Shown here: positions 1 to 8,918 of the stretch, piece by piece | Numbering within the stretch: the stretch's first letter is position 1 | How the letters are laid out: each line of letters opens with the position of its first letter | Assembly: GCA_037139335.1 (NCBI GenBank) | Contig: JBAXGO010000002.1 | Location: 851 to 64,850 of the forward strand | Direction of reading: 5' to 3' | Length of the DNA: 64,000 nt | Source of the DNA: a bacterium | GTDB taxonomy: Bacteria > Patescibacteriota > Dojkabacteria > JAOAGR01 > JBAXGO01 | Notes under the pieces: generated by a model | The model's database searches: none | What the model saw: the letters and a program-made list of their open reading frames with translations, nothing else | What the model was told of the DNA's origin: nothing | Made by a program: the position numbers and the translations under genes

Positions 1-13
1 TTGAATAGTAATA

Positions 14-1006
14 ATGATAACACTAATCCACGGTTCTGATGTATATTTTTCATACCTTAAACTTAATAAGCTAAAACAAGAATATATTGACAAGGGTTAT
101 GAAGTGAAGATAATCAATGTTGATGATGAATTTGAAGTAAGTGATCCATCTAGCTTATTTGCAATATTATCAGAACAAGATTTATTCGCTACTAACAAAG
201 TACTTATTTTAAAAAGAATAGCATCTGCTGATTATTTTTATAAATTAGGAAAAGCATTAAAAGAGTCAACTAAACTTTTTGATGCTTTGAAATCAAGTCC
301 TCACGAAATCATTTTATGGGAAGACAAAATTATTACAACAGCCAATCCTCTTTCAAAATTATCTAAACATATAATACCATTCAATGCACCTTCAAAAGAT
401 TATGAAGTAATGGGTTATATTTTGAAAAATTTTCCAGACTTATCACAAGAAATAAAAACAATAATGTCAAAGTTTTCTAAAGCTATGTTTCCAAAAGATA
501 AGAAATTATTTTTTAATACATGGGAATTAGCCACTGAAATTGAAAAATTAAAGATTATGCCAAAACAATATATTAGCAACGATGTAATGGCTGTTCAACA
601 AAATCAATCTTTATGGATGCTTGGTGATTATATTACAGCATATTTATTAGATTCTAAAGATGATAATTTAAAGAAGTTATTTGCATTTATAGATAATTTG
701 GATGAGGAAGTTATTTTTAAATTAAACGCAATTCAGAATCATATTTCAGATATTATCGCTACGAAAAGATCTAAAAATGATAGTAGTGTAAAAGATGTAT
801 TTTTCAAACCAAACAGAAATTTTATATATTCTAATATTCTACGATACTGCGATAAAATTAATATGAATACATTATATGAACTTTATAAAAACAGCTTAAT
901 TGTTGAATATTATTTGAAAAACGGCTTAATCTCAGAGAAAGTAGCATTGATGAGTATATTCTTATACGATTCTAAATCAATGAGTTTGGAATTGCTCTCT
1001 GAGTAG
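14..1006 (+). CDS. holA: DNA polymerase III delta subunit (HolA)-like protein
   Basis: 330 aa. N-terminus MITLIHGSDxY...LF resembles the HolA clamp-loader delta N-terminal domain. Size and C-terminal helical region are consistent. Its 3-prime end overlaps the convergent VirB4-like gene. Confidence 0.45.
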   Translation: MITLIHGSDVYFSYLKLNKLKQEYIDKGYEVKIINVDDEFEVSDPSSLFAILSEQDLFATNKVLILKRIASADYFYKLGKALKESTKLFDALKSSPHEIILWEDKIITTANPLSKLSKHIIPFNAPSKDYEVMGYILKNFPDLSQEIKTIMSKFSKAMFPKDKKLFFNTWELATEIEKLKIMPKQYISNDVMAVQQNQSLWMLGDYITAYLLDSKDDNLKKLFAFIDNLDEEVIFKLNAIQNHISDIIATKRSKNDSSVKDVFFKPNRNFIYSNILRYCDKINMNTLYELYKNSLIVEYYLKNGLISEKVALMSIFLYDSKSMSLELLSE

Positions 1007-3329
1007 GTTGTTGAGATTCGATAAATTCTTCCTTCTTATCATGTGTTTCCTGAGGACGAGTACTACATAATTTATATTCTTGATCGCTAGCTTTAATTTC
1101 TATAGCTACATGGTTATTGTCGGCAAAGAAAAGCCCCATTCCGACACCCGCACCAAGAAGTAAACTTTTTTCTCCATCAGAAAGATAAAATACCTTTTGT
1201 AATTTATCAATTGCTGTAGGATGTTGTTTCAGAAGTACTTGAATAGAAGAATTTGTAACAACTGCAACACCAATATCTGACTGCAAAAAGTCTTCAACAT
1301 TTTGAGAAATTACAGTAAGTCCTAAATAATATTTTCTAGCTCTTTTGGCAATAGAGTTAATAAATAAAGCACTTTCTGGATATCTCATTAGAAGCCATGC
1401 TTCATCAACAATTAGTATTCTTTTTCGAGGCTCTCTTTTCACCTTATTCCATATGAAATCCATCATAAAGTACATCGCCAATGGTTTGAGCTCATCAGAA
1501 AGATCTCGGATACTAAATACGGTAAAGGGATTATTAAGATCTACATTAGTTTTCTTGTCAAAAATTCCAGATGCAGAACCTATGATAAATTTTTCTAATC
1601 TATCAGCAAGTCCCAAAGCTTCTGGCTCAATCATTGCTTTGAAAACTTTGTATAAATCCTCCATTCTAGGAGCCTCTAATTTATGTGTTGCAGGATTATT
1701 TGTAATTCCTTTCTCAAAATATGCCTGACGAATAGCTCTTTCTAATATCGCCATTTCTGAATTGGTCATTTGACCAAAAGCAAGTTTGAAAAATCCAATC
1801 AATGATAATTCTTTAAGTTTCAGCTCGTCCTCATTACTATCCATAATTCCAGATAATTCAAATGGATTTACTTTATTTGAACCATCTTGAGAAAATGAAA
1901 TAAAAGCTCCACCAATAGATCTAGCTAATCCTTGATACTCATTTTCAGGATCAATAACAATGACTTCTGTACCAAGCATCAAACTTCTAATAGCTTCAAG
2001 TTTAACCATAAAACTTTTACCAGCACCCGAAGTTGCAAATACAACCATATTTGCATTCGGCATTGCAAAACGATCAAAAATTACTAATGACCTGTTATAT
2101 GTATTGATACCATACATTATTCCTTTGTCCATTGATAAATCTGAAGATGTAAATGGAAAAGTATTAGCAATTGATGTAGTATCCATATTCCTTACTTTGA
2201 AAAGCTTATCTACACCAACAGGGATAGAGGATTGAAAAGCTTTTTCCATAGCAAGTGATGACGTTTTTGCTGATATTTCTTTAGATGCTAATATAGATAG
2301 AAGGGCTTGTGTCATATTATTTAATTCTTTGACACTATCTGCTTTCATAGTTATATACAAAGCAAAGTTAAACCATTTTTCTATTCCAGAAGCTAATAAT
2401 TCTTGTTGTCGTATAGCATCTTGAAGTGAAACTTTGATATAGGCATCAGGAACACGACCTCTTTCCAAATCTAAATTTAAACTTGCTTCAAATTCTGAAA
2501 TTTTTTGTCTTAATTTTTTAACAATTTCACCAGAATTAATTGGATAATAAAACATACTTATATCCAATGCTTCTTCGTAATTTACAATTTGCTCAAGCAT
2601 TCCTGGATTAGAGAATTTATAATCAATTGCGAAAATAGTTCGAATAAATTTATTTCCAATTCTCATTTCATTAAAATCGACTTCAATAGCTGATGGTGCA
2701 ATGAAATCTTGTACACTAATAGATCCTTCATCAACAATAGAAAAATCATCATCTTGACCTGTTGTTGAGTTATTTGTTTTAAATATTTTATCTCCTAAAC
2801 CAAATGGAATAACACCAGCTAAAATTTCTTTCATAACCGAGTTTTTTCCACCCGATGACTTATTAGATTTTGATTCCTCTGGTGTTGAAATTTTATTCAT
2901 AGGAACCATATGATTCCTATTCGTATATACTTTGTCTGGCATTTGATTCTGAGCTGGTAAGTTCTGAACCATTCTTGTATTTGAAGCCATACCCGGTCTA
3001 GGTATTTGATTATTTTGATTTTGAACAGGAGCTTGCTGAATTGGCCTCTGATATGTAGGCATGTTATTTGGCAAAGGCTGATTATATGTTTCTGAAGGTT
3101 GATTCGAATAAACATTTTGATTAACCTGATTCAATGGCGCATAATTTTGTTGCTGTGGAATATTTTGTCCTGAATTATATGCTGAAGAATTGTAAGTGCT
3201 TGGATCAGCTTGTTCAAAAGGTCCAGAAGAATTTGTATTTCTAGATCCAGGATTAAAAGCTCCTACTGGATTAGGTAAAACCGAAGACGGGTTATCGTTT
3301 TTATTTTTTGTTTTATCAAATAATCCCAT
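972..3329 (-). CDS. VirB4/TrbE/CagE-family (type IV secretion/conjugation) ATPase with Q/N/P-rich low-complexity N-terminal extension
   Basis: 785 aa. Walker A FATSGAGKSF, Walker B RILIVDEAW and VirB4-type C-terminal motifs (GLTVISQNVEDF, YLSDGEKSLLLGAG) are present. The first ~170-200 residues are a Q/N/P/S-rich low-complexity region with no stop codons despite the AT-rich genome. Confidence 0.75.
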   Translation of the reverse strand: MGLFDKTKNKNDNPSSVLPNPVGAFNPGSRNTNSSGPFEQADPSTYNSSAYNSGQNIPQQQNYAPLNQVNQNVYSNQPSETYNQPLPNNMPTYQRPIQQAPVQNQNNQIPRPGMASNTRMVQNLPAQNQMPDKVYTNRNHMVPMNKISTPEESKSNKSSGGKNSVMKEILAGVIPFGLGDKIFKTNNSTTGQDDDFSIVDEGSISVQDFIAPSAIEVDFNEMRIGNKFIRTIFAIDYKFSNPGMLEQIVNYEEALDISMFYYPINSGEIVKKLRQKISEFEASLNLDLERGRVPDAYIKVSLQDAIRQQELLASGIEKWFNFALYITMKADSVKELNNMTQALLSILASKEISAKTSSLAMEKAFQSSIPVGVDKLFKVRNMDTTSIANTFPFTSSDLSMDKGIMYGINTYNRSLVIFDRFAMPNANMVVFATSGAGKSFMVKLEAIRSLMLGTEVIVIDPENEYQGLARSIGGAFISFSQDGSNKVNPFELSGIMDSNEDELKLKELSLIGFFKLAFGQMTNSEMAILERAIRQAYFEKGITNNPATHKLEAPRMEDLYKVFKAMIEPEALGLADRLEKFIIGSASGIFDKKTNVDLNNPFTVFSIRDLSDELKPLAMYFMMDFIWNKVKREPRKRILIVDEAWLLMRYPESALFINSIAKRARKYYLGLTVISQNVEDFLQSDIGVAVVTNSSIQVLLKQHPTAIDKLQKVFYLSDGEKSLLLGAGVGMGLFFADNNHVAIEIKASDQEYKLCSTRPQETHDKKEEFIESQQPTQRAIPNSLI

Positions 3330-3345
3330 CTGGCAGTAAATTAGT

Positions 3346-3843
3346 TTATTTCTTTGTAACCGAAACTATAATCTTTGCAGTCTTTATTATATTACCATTC
3401 ATTTCATATGCTGGCGAGAGAACAGTCAGTATTTTATTATCTTCACCATTTTCTTGAGTAGCTACAACTTCAGCTAGGTTAGGATCATAATTCTCCCCAA
3501 TTTTTAATTCAACACGTCGAACTCCTTCTGTTGCTATTAAAATATCTAACTGCTGAAGAATATTATTTAGAATTTGAACATGTTCATCTTCTCCTTCATG
3601 ATTTTCAATAACTACATTATAAGTATCAATAATATTTATAATTTTTAATATTATCGATATCTTACCTTTTTGTTTATCCAAATCAACATTTCTTCTAACA
3701 TTCACCAACTCTGCTAATACTCTAATATATGAATCTTGAATTTTGTTATATTCTTCTTCAGTATATGTTTTTTCTTCTTTTTGCAAAACTTCTTCAGAGC
3801 CTTCAATATTTTCAATATCTATATTTTGTTTATCATCCGACAT
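3346..3843 (-). CDS. grpE: GrpE nucleotide-exchange factor homolog (orphan, no dnaK adjacent)
   Basis: 165 aa. Aligns by eye to GrpE: [21 protein letters not shown] matches [29 protein letters not shown] matches DPNVHQAI; C-terminal [20 protein letters not shown] matches [20 protein letters not shown]. Stop lies 16 nt upstream of the VirB4-like start. Confidence 0.7.
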   Translation of the reverse strand: [165 protein letters not shown]

Positions 3844-3847
3844 AATA

Positions 3848-3961
3848 TCAAGCTAATATTAATAAAATAATTGTTGTTGATACGACAACTCCAAGGAAAA
3901 CAAAGGCTAGTGGTAATACAACATCAACTTGTTCGTCCTGAATTTTCAACTTAACAGGCAT
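3848..3961 (-). CDS. Unannotated 37-aa single-TM micro-protein (MPVKLKIQDEQVDVVLPLAFVFLGVVVSTTIILLILA)
   Basis: Found by hand translation of the 130-nt gap between the 63-aa gene and grpE; it is below the ORF-track length cutoff. Hydrophobic C-terminal helix. Its TGA stop sits 4 nt from the grpE start and its start is 12 nt from the upstream gene stop. Confidence 0.3.
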   Translation of the reverse strand: MPVKLKIQDEQVDVVLPLAFVFLGVVVSTTIILLILA

Positions 3962-3972
3962 ACTAATTTTTT

Positions 3973-4164
3973 TCATTGCGCTTTCTTATTTTTATATATA
4001 TTCGAAATATAATCGATATCAAAAGTTTTTTCAATCGCTGTAATATTTTCATTGACATCATCAGGAATATGAGAACTTGTTACTTCTCTCCATATTGAAA
4101 AAAATACCCAAGATATTATAGTAATAAGCGTTAGGATTGTAAACATTAGTACAGACTTAGACAT
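3973..4164 (-). CDS. Small (63 aa) single-TM membrane protein
   Basis: N-terminal hydrophobic helix LMFTILTLITIISWVFFSIW. Overlaps the upstream gene by 8 nt, which suggests translational coupling. Confidence 0.4.
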   Translation of the reverse strand: MSKSVLMFTILTLITIISWVFFSIWREVTSSHIPDDVNENITAIEKTFDIDYISNIYKNKKAQ

Positions 4165-4906
4165 AATTATAGGCTAAGAAATTAATTGTTGCTGTGAATT
4201 GCGATGCTTCTTGAGCTTGGACATTCATTTGAGATGGAGATATTATAGAAATCCTCTCTATCGTATATAAATGACTCGAACTAGATATAGATTTAATTAG
4301 TTTTATTATATTATCGTGAGTTATAGATTTTACTATTATCTGATATGAAGAAGCCTTTGATTTCCCAGATTTTGGCTCTCCTGGTGTATTTTGAACCCCC
4401 AAAAATTTTAGAACTTCTACTTGTGTAGATGTTTTATTAGAAAATGAAATTATATCTCGATAAACGACTTCTTCATTTAAAGAATCAGGAAAATACTTAT
4501 TAATAAAAAAATCTACATATTCATTTGCTCCTCCAGCTGAGATCGGATTTTCAACTGTATATTTTAGATTATTTAAATTTGACAGCTTTTCATCTTGTTT
4601 TTCCTTAACAACCTTATAATCTTCAATTTTTTTAGCAATCTGAGTTATAGATGTTACCGTAGGCAAAATTGCAAAAAAAATAAGAATTGCTATAAAAGCA
4701 AATGTTAATGTCATCAAAGTATATGTTTTACCTGCTTTACTGCCCGATATTAGAGAATAAGCAGCTTTGAAAGGATTGCCTTTTAGAAATCGTTTCGTAG
4801 AAAAAGTAGACTCCTGTTTAACAGTTTGTTCTGTCAAATTTGAATCATTTGCAATTTCTTCTTTATTTTCTTTAATTATTTTTTCTTTTTTCGCCTTATC
4901 ATCCAT
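4157..4906 (-). CDS. Bitopic membrane protein (cytoplasmic N-terminus, one TM, coiled-coil, C-terminal extracytoplasmic domain); PilO/VirB8-like topology
   Basis: 249 aa. K/E-rich N-terminus, TM segment LMTLTFAFIAILIFFAILPTV, then heptad-like KKIEDYKVVKEKQDEKLSNLNNLK. Start overlaps the stop of the upstream gene (TAATG). Confidence 0.5.
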   Translation of the reverse strand: MDDKAKKEKIIKENKEEIANDSNLTEQTVKQESTFSTKRFLKGNPFKAAYSLISGSKAGKTYTLMTLTFAFIAILIFFAILPTVTSITQIAKKIEDYKVVKEKQDEKLSNLNNLKYTVENPISAGGANEYVDFFINKYFPDSLNEEVVYRDIISFSNKTSTQVEVLKFLGVQNTPGEPKSGKSKASSYQIIVKSITHDNIIKLIKSISSSSHLYTIERISIISPSQMNVQAQEASQFTATINFLAYNYV

Positions 4907-5502
4907 TATTTTCTAGTAATTTTAAAAGTAAAATCAGAAAGACCATCAGATGCAGTACTTACCGTTTGCTCTAAAATTGAGATACCACTAGAATTTGGTG
5001 TACTAGCTAATATATTTTTACTCAAAGAACTTTTATATTCAATTAAAGCATCACTAGTTCCACGTCCATTAATATTTATAGCTTCAGTTTTAATCAAAGG
5101 CTGATCTGTAGAACTTAAAAGACTGTAGCTTACTGCAGAAACGATAACATTTTTAGGAGCTAGACTAAAGAATTTTGACATTTCGCCCATAAGGACACCA
5201 GAATACGTTGAATCTAAATTTTTTGAAATTTGAATTTTGGAAAATATACCTAAGTATATTTTTTCTTCGCTACTTTTACTTTTAATAATAAGATTTCTAT
5301 CATTAATTTTTTCTGTTAAATCATTTAAATTTTGATCTAGAAAAAATCTAGCTACAAAAGCTGACAAAACGACCATTTCTACACCGATAACAATATAACG
5401 CCCAACAGACACAATCCATTTATATAATTTATCTACAAATGGTTCTTCTGCGTTATACGTATAAAATAAGTTAAAAGTTTTATATGGCAGTTTAGTTTTC
5501 AT
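4906..5502 (-). CDS. Bitopic membrane protein (short cytoplasmic N-terminus, one TM, extracytoplasmic S/T-rich domain); PilN/VirB8-like topology
   Basis: 198 aa. TM segment GRYIVIGVEMVVLSAFVARFFL followed by a coiled-coil-like segment and a Ser/Thr-rich domain. First gene of the minus-strand operon. Confidence 0.5.
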   Translation of the reverse strand: MKTKLPYKTFNLFYTYNAEEPFVDKLYKWIVSVGRYIVIGVEMVVLSAFVARFFLDQNLNDLTEKINDRNLIIKSKSSEEKIYLGIFSKIQISKNLDSTYSGVLMGEMSKFFSLAPKNVIVSAVSYSLLSSTDQPLIKTEAININGRGTSDALIEYKSSLSKNILASTPNSSGISILEQTVSTASDGLSDFTFKITRK

Positions 5503-6111
5503 ACATATTTATAACATCAAAGTATGGTGATATTCAATGTTAAAATTTTTAAAATAGTTTGAATAAACTCAGACTACCATAGGGAGATTGTCGATATAGT
5601 GTTTATATAAGGCTTTTATGGTAAAATTGTCGTTGATGTAATTTTTTATACTAAATATATGGCTAAGAGAATAAGAGAACTAGGGGCGAAGCATCTACGA
5701 CAAAAGATTTGAAGAACAAAGAATTAAATTCGTATGTAACAAAAAGAGCACTAGCACATTTAGTAATTATACCTACAGTTGTATATAACGCCTATGGTTG
5801 TATATCCCCGTTTGGCGAAAAACTATATAATACTATTTTTTATAAATGGGCATCAGAACCTGAAACATAAATGACATATTCAGCAGTAGGCTTAGTTTTT
5901 TCACTAGGTGCTTTTTGCCTAAGTTTTGCACACCTTGATTCAAGATTTCATCGTTCATATCGTAATCATTTAAATGATACTATAGAATCAACATCTGCTA
6001 AAAGATCAAGCCTAAAAGAATGAAATTATCTTTTAACATCTTTTAATTCTACGATATATAACTTTTTGACATTCATGATAGAATACGGAATATTAAATTT
6101 GAAGATCTGAT

Positions 6112-7602
6112 ATGTCGTCTACTAAATATATTCCTATAATAGGACTTGAAATTCACGTTCAGTTATCTACCGATACAAAACTTTTCTGCGGTTGTCCACG
6201 AAAAATATCTCAAGATATTTATGGTACTGATGCAGCAGCGAACACCGCTATTTGCCCTATTTGTATGGGTTATCCTGGAGCTATGCCAAATTTGAACGAA
6301 AAAGCTGTAGAAAAAGCTGTAAAAATTGGATTAGGACTTGGTTGTTCAATAAGTAAATTCTCCGTATGGGATAGAAAAAATTATATTTATCCAGATCTTT
6401 TTACTGGTTACCAGATTTCCCAACTTGATAATCCTATCAATTACACAGGAAAAATAGAATTATCAAATGGAAAAGTAATACGAGTGAATAGAGCTCATTT
6501 GGAAAATGATGCCGCGAAATCACAACATAGCGGTGATTCAACCATGCTTGATGGCAATAAATCAGGTTCACCATTAGTTGAGATAGTATCGGAGCCAGAT
6601 TTACGCTCTGCCGATGAAGCCAAAGAATATGCTGAAAAAATTAGAGAGATTGTAAGATGGGTTGATGCGACAGATGCTGATATGTATAGAGGTGAAATGA
6701 GATTTGATATCAATATTAGTCTTTGTGTGGAAGGAGATCCAGACAATGATTTCAAAAATATTAAACATACACCCATAGTAGAAGTAAAAAATAGGAATTC
6801 TTTCAAAGAGCTTTATGATGTAATTAATTACGAAATAAAAAGGCAAACAGAAGAATACGAGAAGAATGGAAAAATTTATAACAAAGGTAATAAAGTAACT
6901 ATGGGATGGAATGAGGCAAAGGGAGCCACTTTTTTACAAAGAGAAAAAGAAGAATCTGATGATTACAGATATTTCCATGAACCAGATGTTCCACCTGTAA
7001 TTGTTTCTGATGAATGGTTAAATAAGATAAAAAATTCAATGCCACAGCCTATGAGCGAAGTTATTGAGTCATTAGTTGAAAAATATTCTGTAGATAGGAG
7101 AACAGCCTCATATTTAGTTAGTGATCGAGATAAATATAAATTATTTGTAAAATGCTCGGAACTAGATCCTAAATATGCAAAAAACTATATTAACTGGATT
7201 GCTAGCGAATTAGCTGGAATATTATCAGCTCTAGAAAAAGATTTAACAAATGTAAATATAGAAGCTAAGACTTTGGTAGACCTAGTTTCATTAGTTACTG
7301 AAGGAAAAATAAGTCAGGCTGTAGGGAAAGAATTATTAAAAGAATTCATAGAGAAAAACATCAATCCAGATGTGTTGAAATTAATTGAAGAAAGAAGCTT
7401 GGGAAAAGTATCAGATACTGGATTTATAGAAGAAATTGTGAAAAAAGCAATCGAAGCAAATCCCAAAGCTGTAGAAGACATAAAAAAAGGTAAAGAAAAC
7501 GCAAAAATGTCAATAATAGGCTATGTAATGAGAGAGAGCAAAGGGAAAGCCGATGTAAATGTTGTAAAAGAAATTCTGGATAAAAATATTGAATTGCTAT
7601 AA
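6112..7602 (+). CDS. gatB: Asp-tRNA(Asn)/Glu-tRNA(Gln) amidotransferase subunit B
   Basis: 496 aa. N-terminal IGLEIHVQL...KLFCGCP is a GatB hallmark. C-terminal YqeY/GatB helical domain is present. Confidence 0.9.
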   Translation: MSSTKYIPIIGLEIHVQLSTDTKLFCGCPRKISQDIYGTDAAANTAICPICMGYPGAMPNLNEKAVEKAVKIGLGLGCSISKFSVWDRKNYIYPDLFTGYQISQLDNPINYTGKIELSNGKVIRVNRAHLENDAAKSQHSGDSTMLDGNKSGSPLVEIVSEPDLRSADEAKEYAEKIREIVRWVDATDADMYRGEMRFDINISLCVEGDPDNDFKNIKHTPIVEVKNRNSFKELYDVINYEIKRQTEEYEKNGKIYNKGNKVTMGWNEAKGATFLQREKEESDDYRYFHEPDVPPVIVSDEWLNKIKNSMPQPMSEVIESLVEKYSVDRRTASYLVSDRDKYKLFVKCSELDPKYAKNYINWIASELAGILSALEKDLTNVNIEAKTLVDLVSLVTEGKISQAVGKELLKEFIEKNINPDVLKLIEERSLGKVSDTGFIEEIVKKAIEANPKAVEDIKKGKENAKMSIIGYVMRESKGKADVNVVKEILDKNIELL

Positions 7603-7607
7603 TTTTT

Positions 7608-7650
7608 AGACTCTAATTTAATAAAGAAGTTAGATTAGAGTCTTTACTTT
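7608..7650. terminator. Bidirectional intrinsic terminator between gatB and the convergent XRE gene
   Basis: Perfect 10-bp inverted repeat AGACTCTAAT...ATTAGAGTCT (7608-7617 / 7634-7643) followed by a T-rich run. Confidence 0.55.
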
Positions 7651-7744
7651 CTTTCGAAACTCCACTTATTTTAGGTATTAATATTTCAATAAAGGTATCG
7701 CATCTATAACGATAAAAATAATAATCCGAAATTGTTGGCGGTAT

Positions 7745-8185
7745 TTATTTGAAATCTTTGTTCCAAATTTTTTTCATATCCAAATTATACAGTTCACATA
7801 AGTACTCTAAAGTTAATTCCAAATCATCTATAAAGTCATCCGATGCGTTTATGTTTTTTAAAAATTCATTTATTTTCCATTTATCTACTATTTTTGTAAG
7901 TTCCTCAGGATTAGACCTCAATTTGATTTCACTAAAATATTTAGATTCATCTCCAACAAAGTAAGAGACGGGTTTCTTCAGTATTTCCGCATATTTTCGC
8001 AAAGTGTTATGTTTGATTTTATTTCGTCCCATTTCGAATTGCGTAACATTACCTCTCGTTACTCCGAGTTTTTTAGCTACTTGCTCTTGAGTTAACTTCA
8101 ATTCGAGCCTTCTTTTCCTAATTTTTCGAGCCACCTCGATATCAATAGGTTTCATATTATATTTTTTTATGTGATGTTCAAGCAT
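7745..8185 (-). CDS. XRE-family helix-turn-helix transcriptional regulator
   Basis: HTH_3 core LTQEQVAKKLGVTRGNVTQFEMG. True start is probably the internal MKPIDIEV. Divergent from the CYTH operon. Confidence 0.7.
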   Translation of the reverse strand: MLEHHIKKYNMKPIDIEVARKIRKRRLELKLTQEQVAKKLGVTRGNVTQFEMGRNKIKHNTLRKYAEILKKPVSYFVGDESKYFSEIKLRSNPEELTKIVDKWKINEFLKNINASDDFIDDLELTLEYLCELYNLDMKKIWNKDFK

Positions 8186-8267
8186 AGAATTACGACTACT
8201 TCTTATTATACATCGAACAGAGAATATAAGTTAAATGATATACTCAAACAATTAATTTTTCATATAA

Positions 8268-8918
8268 ATGTCAGGTAACGAAAATAATATTGAACTCGAA
8301 TTACGTAGTGAAGTTAACGATATAGAGCTAATATTGTCAAAGTTGAATAGCTTTGGAAAATTAATATCACAAACCAATAGATTAGCCGTAATGAATTTCG
8401 GACAAATTAATAATATGGATTTCGACATTAGAATCAGAATAACCAATGGAGAAAGCGAAGTTGTGATAAAGAAAGGAGATTTCCATTCTCATAACAGAGA
8501 AGAAATATCTCAAAGAATTTGCATAGAGGAGTTTATCGGTTTTGTAAAAATTTTTGCTAGCATGGATTTCCATATAAAAGTTGGTGAAAGAATAAGTTAT
8601 AACTATGATTTAGGAAATAATATTATTGCAACATTAGTAAAAGCAGGAGATACATCATACATTGAGATCGAAAAAATGACCAATAAACAAGAAGAACAAG
8701 CTGTAAGGAAAGAATTGGATATAATTTTAAATATATTAGAATTAAGACCTATAGAGAGTAGGGAAAAATTTGATAAATTATGCAACAAAATAAATAATGG
8801 TCCTTCAGACTGGAGGTTTAATGGAAAAGAAGAGGATTACGAAAAATTAAAGTCTCTATTAAGCAATTATGTGCTATTATATAAGCTACAGGATAATGTC
8901 TTAGCATCACAAAAATGA
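8268..8918 (+). CDS. CYTH-domain (triphosphate tunnel metalloenzyme / CyaB-like) protein
   Basis: 216 aa. N-terminal ExExR (IELELRSEV), RIRI, and C-terminal EIEKM acidic motifs are typical of CYTH beta-barrel enzymes. Stop overlaps the next gene start. Confidence 0.45.
   Translation: MSGNENNIELELRSEVNDIELILSKLNSFGKLISQTNRLAVMNFGQINNMDFDIRIRITNGESEVVIKKGDFHSHNREEISQRICIEEFIGFVKIFASMDFHIKVGERISYNYDLGNNIIATLVKAGDTSYIEIEKMTNKQEEQAVRKELDIILNILELRPIESREKFDKLCNKINNGPSDWRFNGKEEDYEKLKSLLSNYVLLYKLQDNVLASQK

Noticed and set aside
1345-3115. Plus-strand ORFs 1345-1728 and 1960-2235, and minus-strand ORF 2897-3115 in another frame
   Set aside because: They lie entirely inside the well-supported VirB4-like CDS (Walker A/B, VirB4 motifs). 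They are shadow ORFs with hydrophobic low-complexity translations.
972-5502. Prophage or ICE interpretation of the VirB4 region
   Set aside because: No integrase, relaxase, coupling protein, repeat-flanked boundaries or tRNA target was seen. The flanking genes (holA-like, gatB) are housekeeping, so it is treated as a chromosomal operon.
6495-6846. Minus-strand ORFs within gatB
   Set aside because: Antisense shadow ORFs inside a strongly supported gatB coding region.
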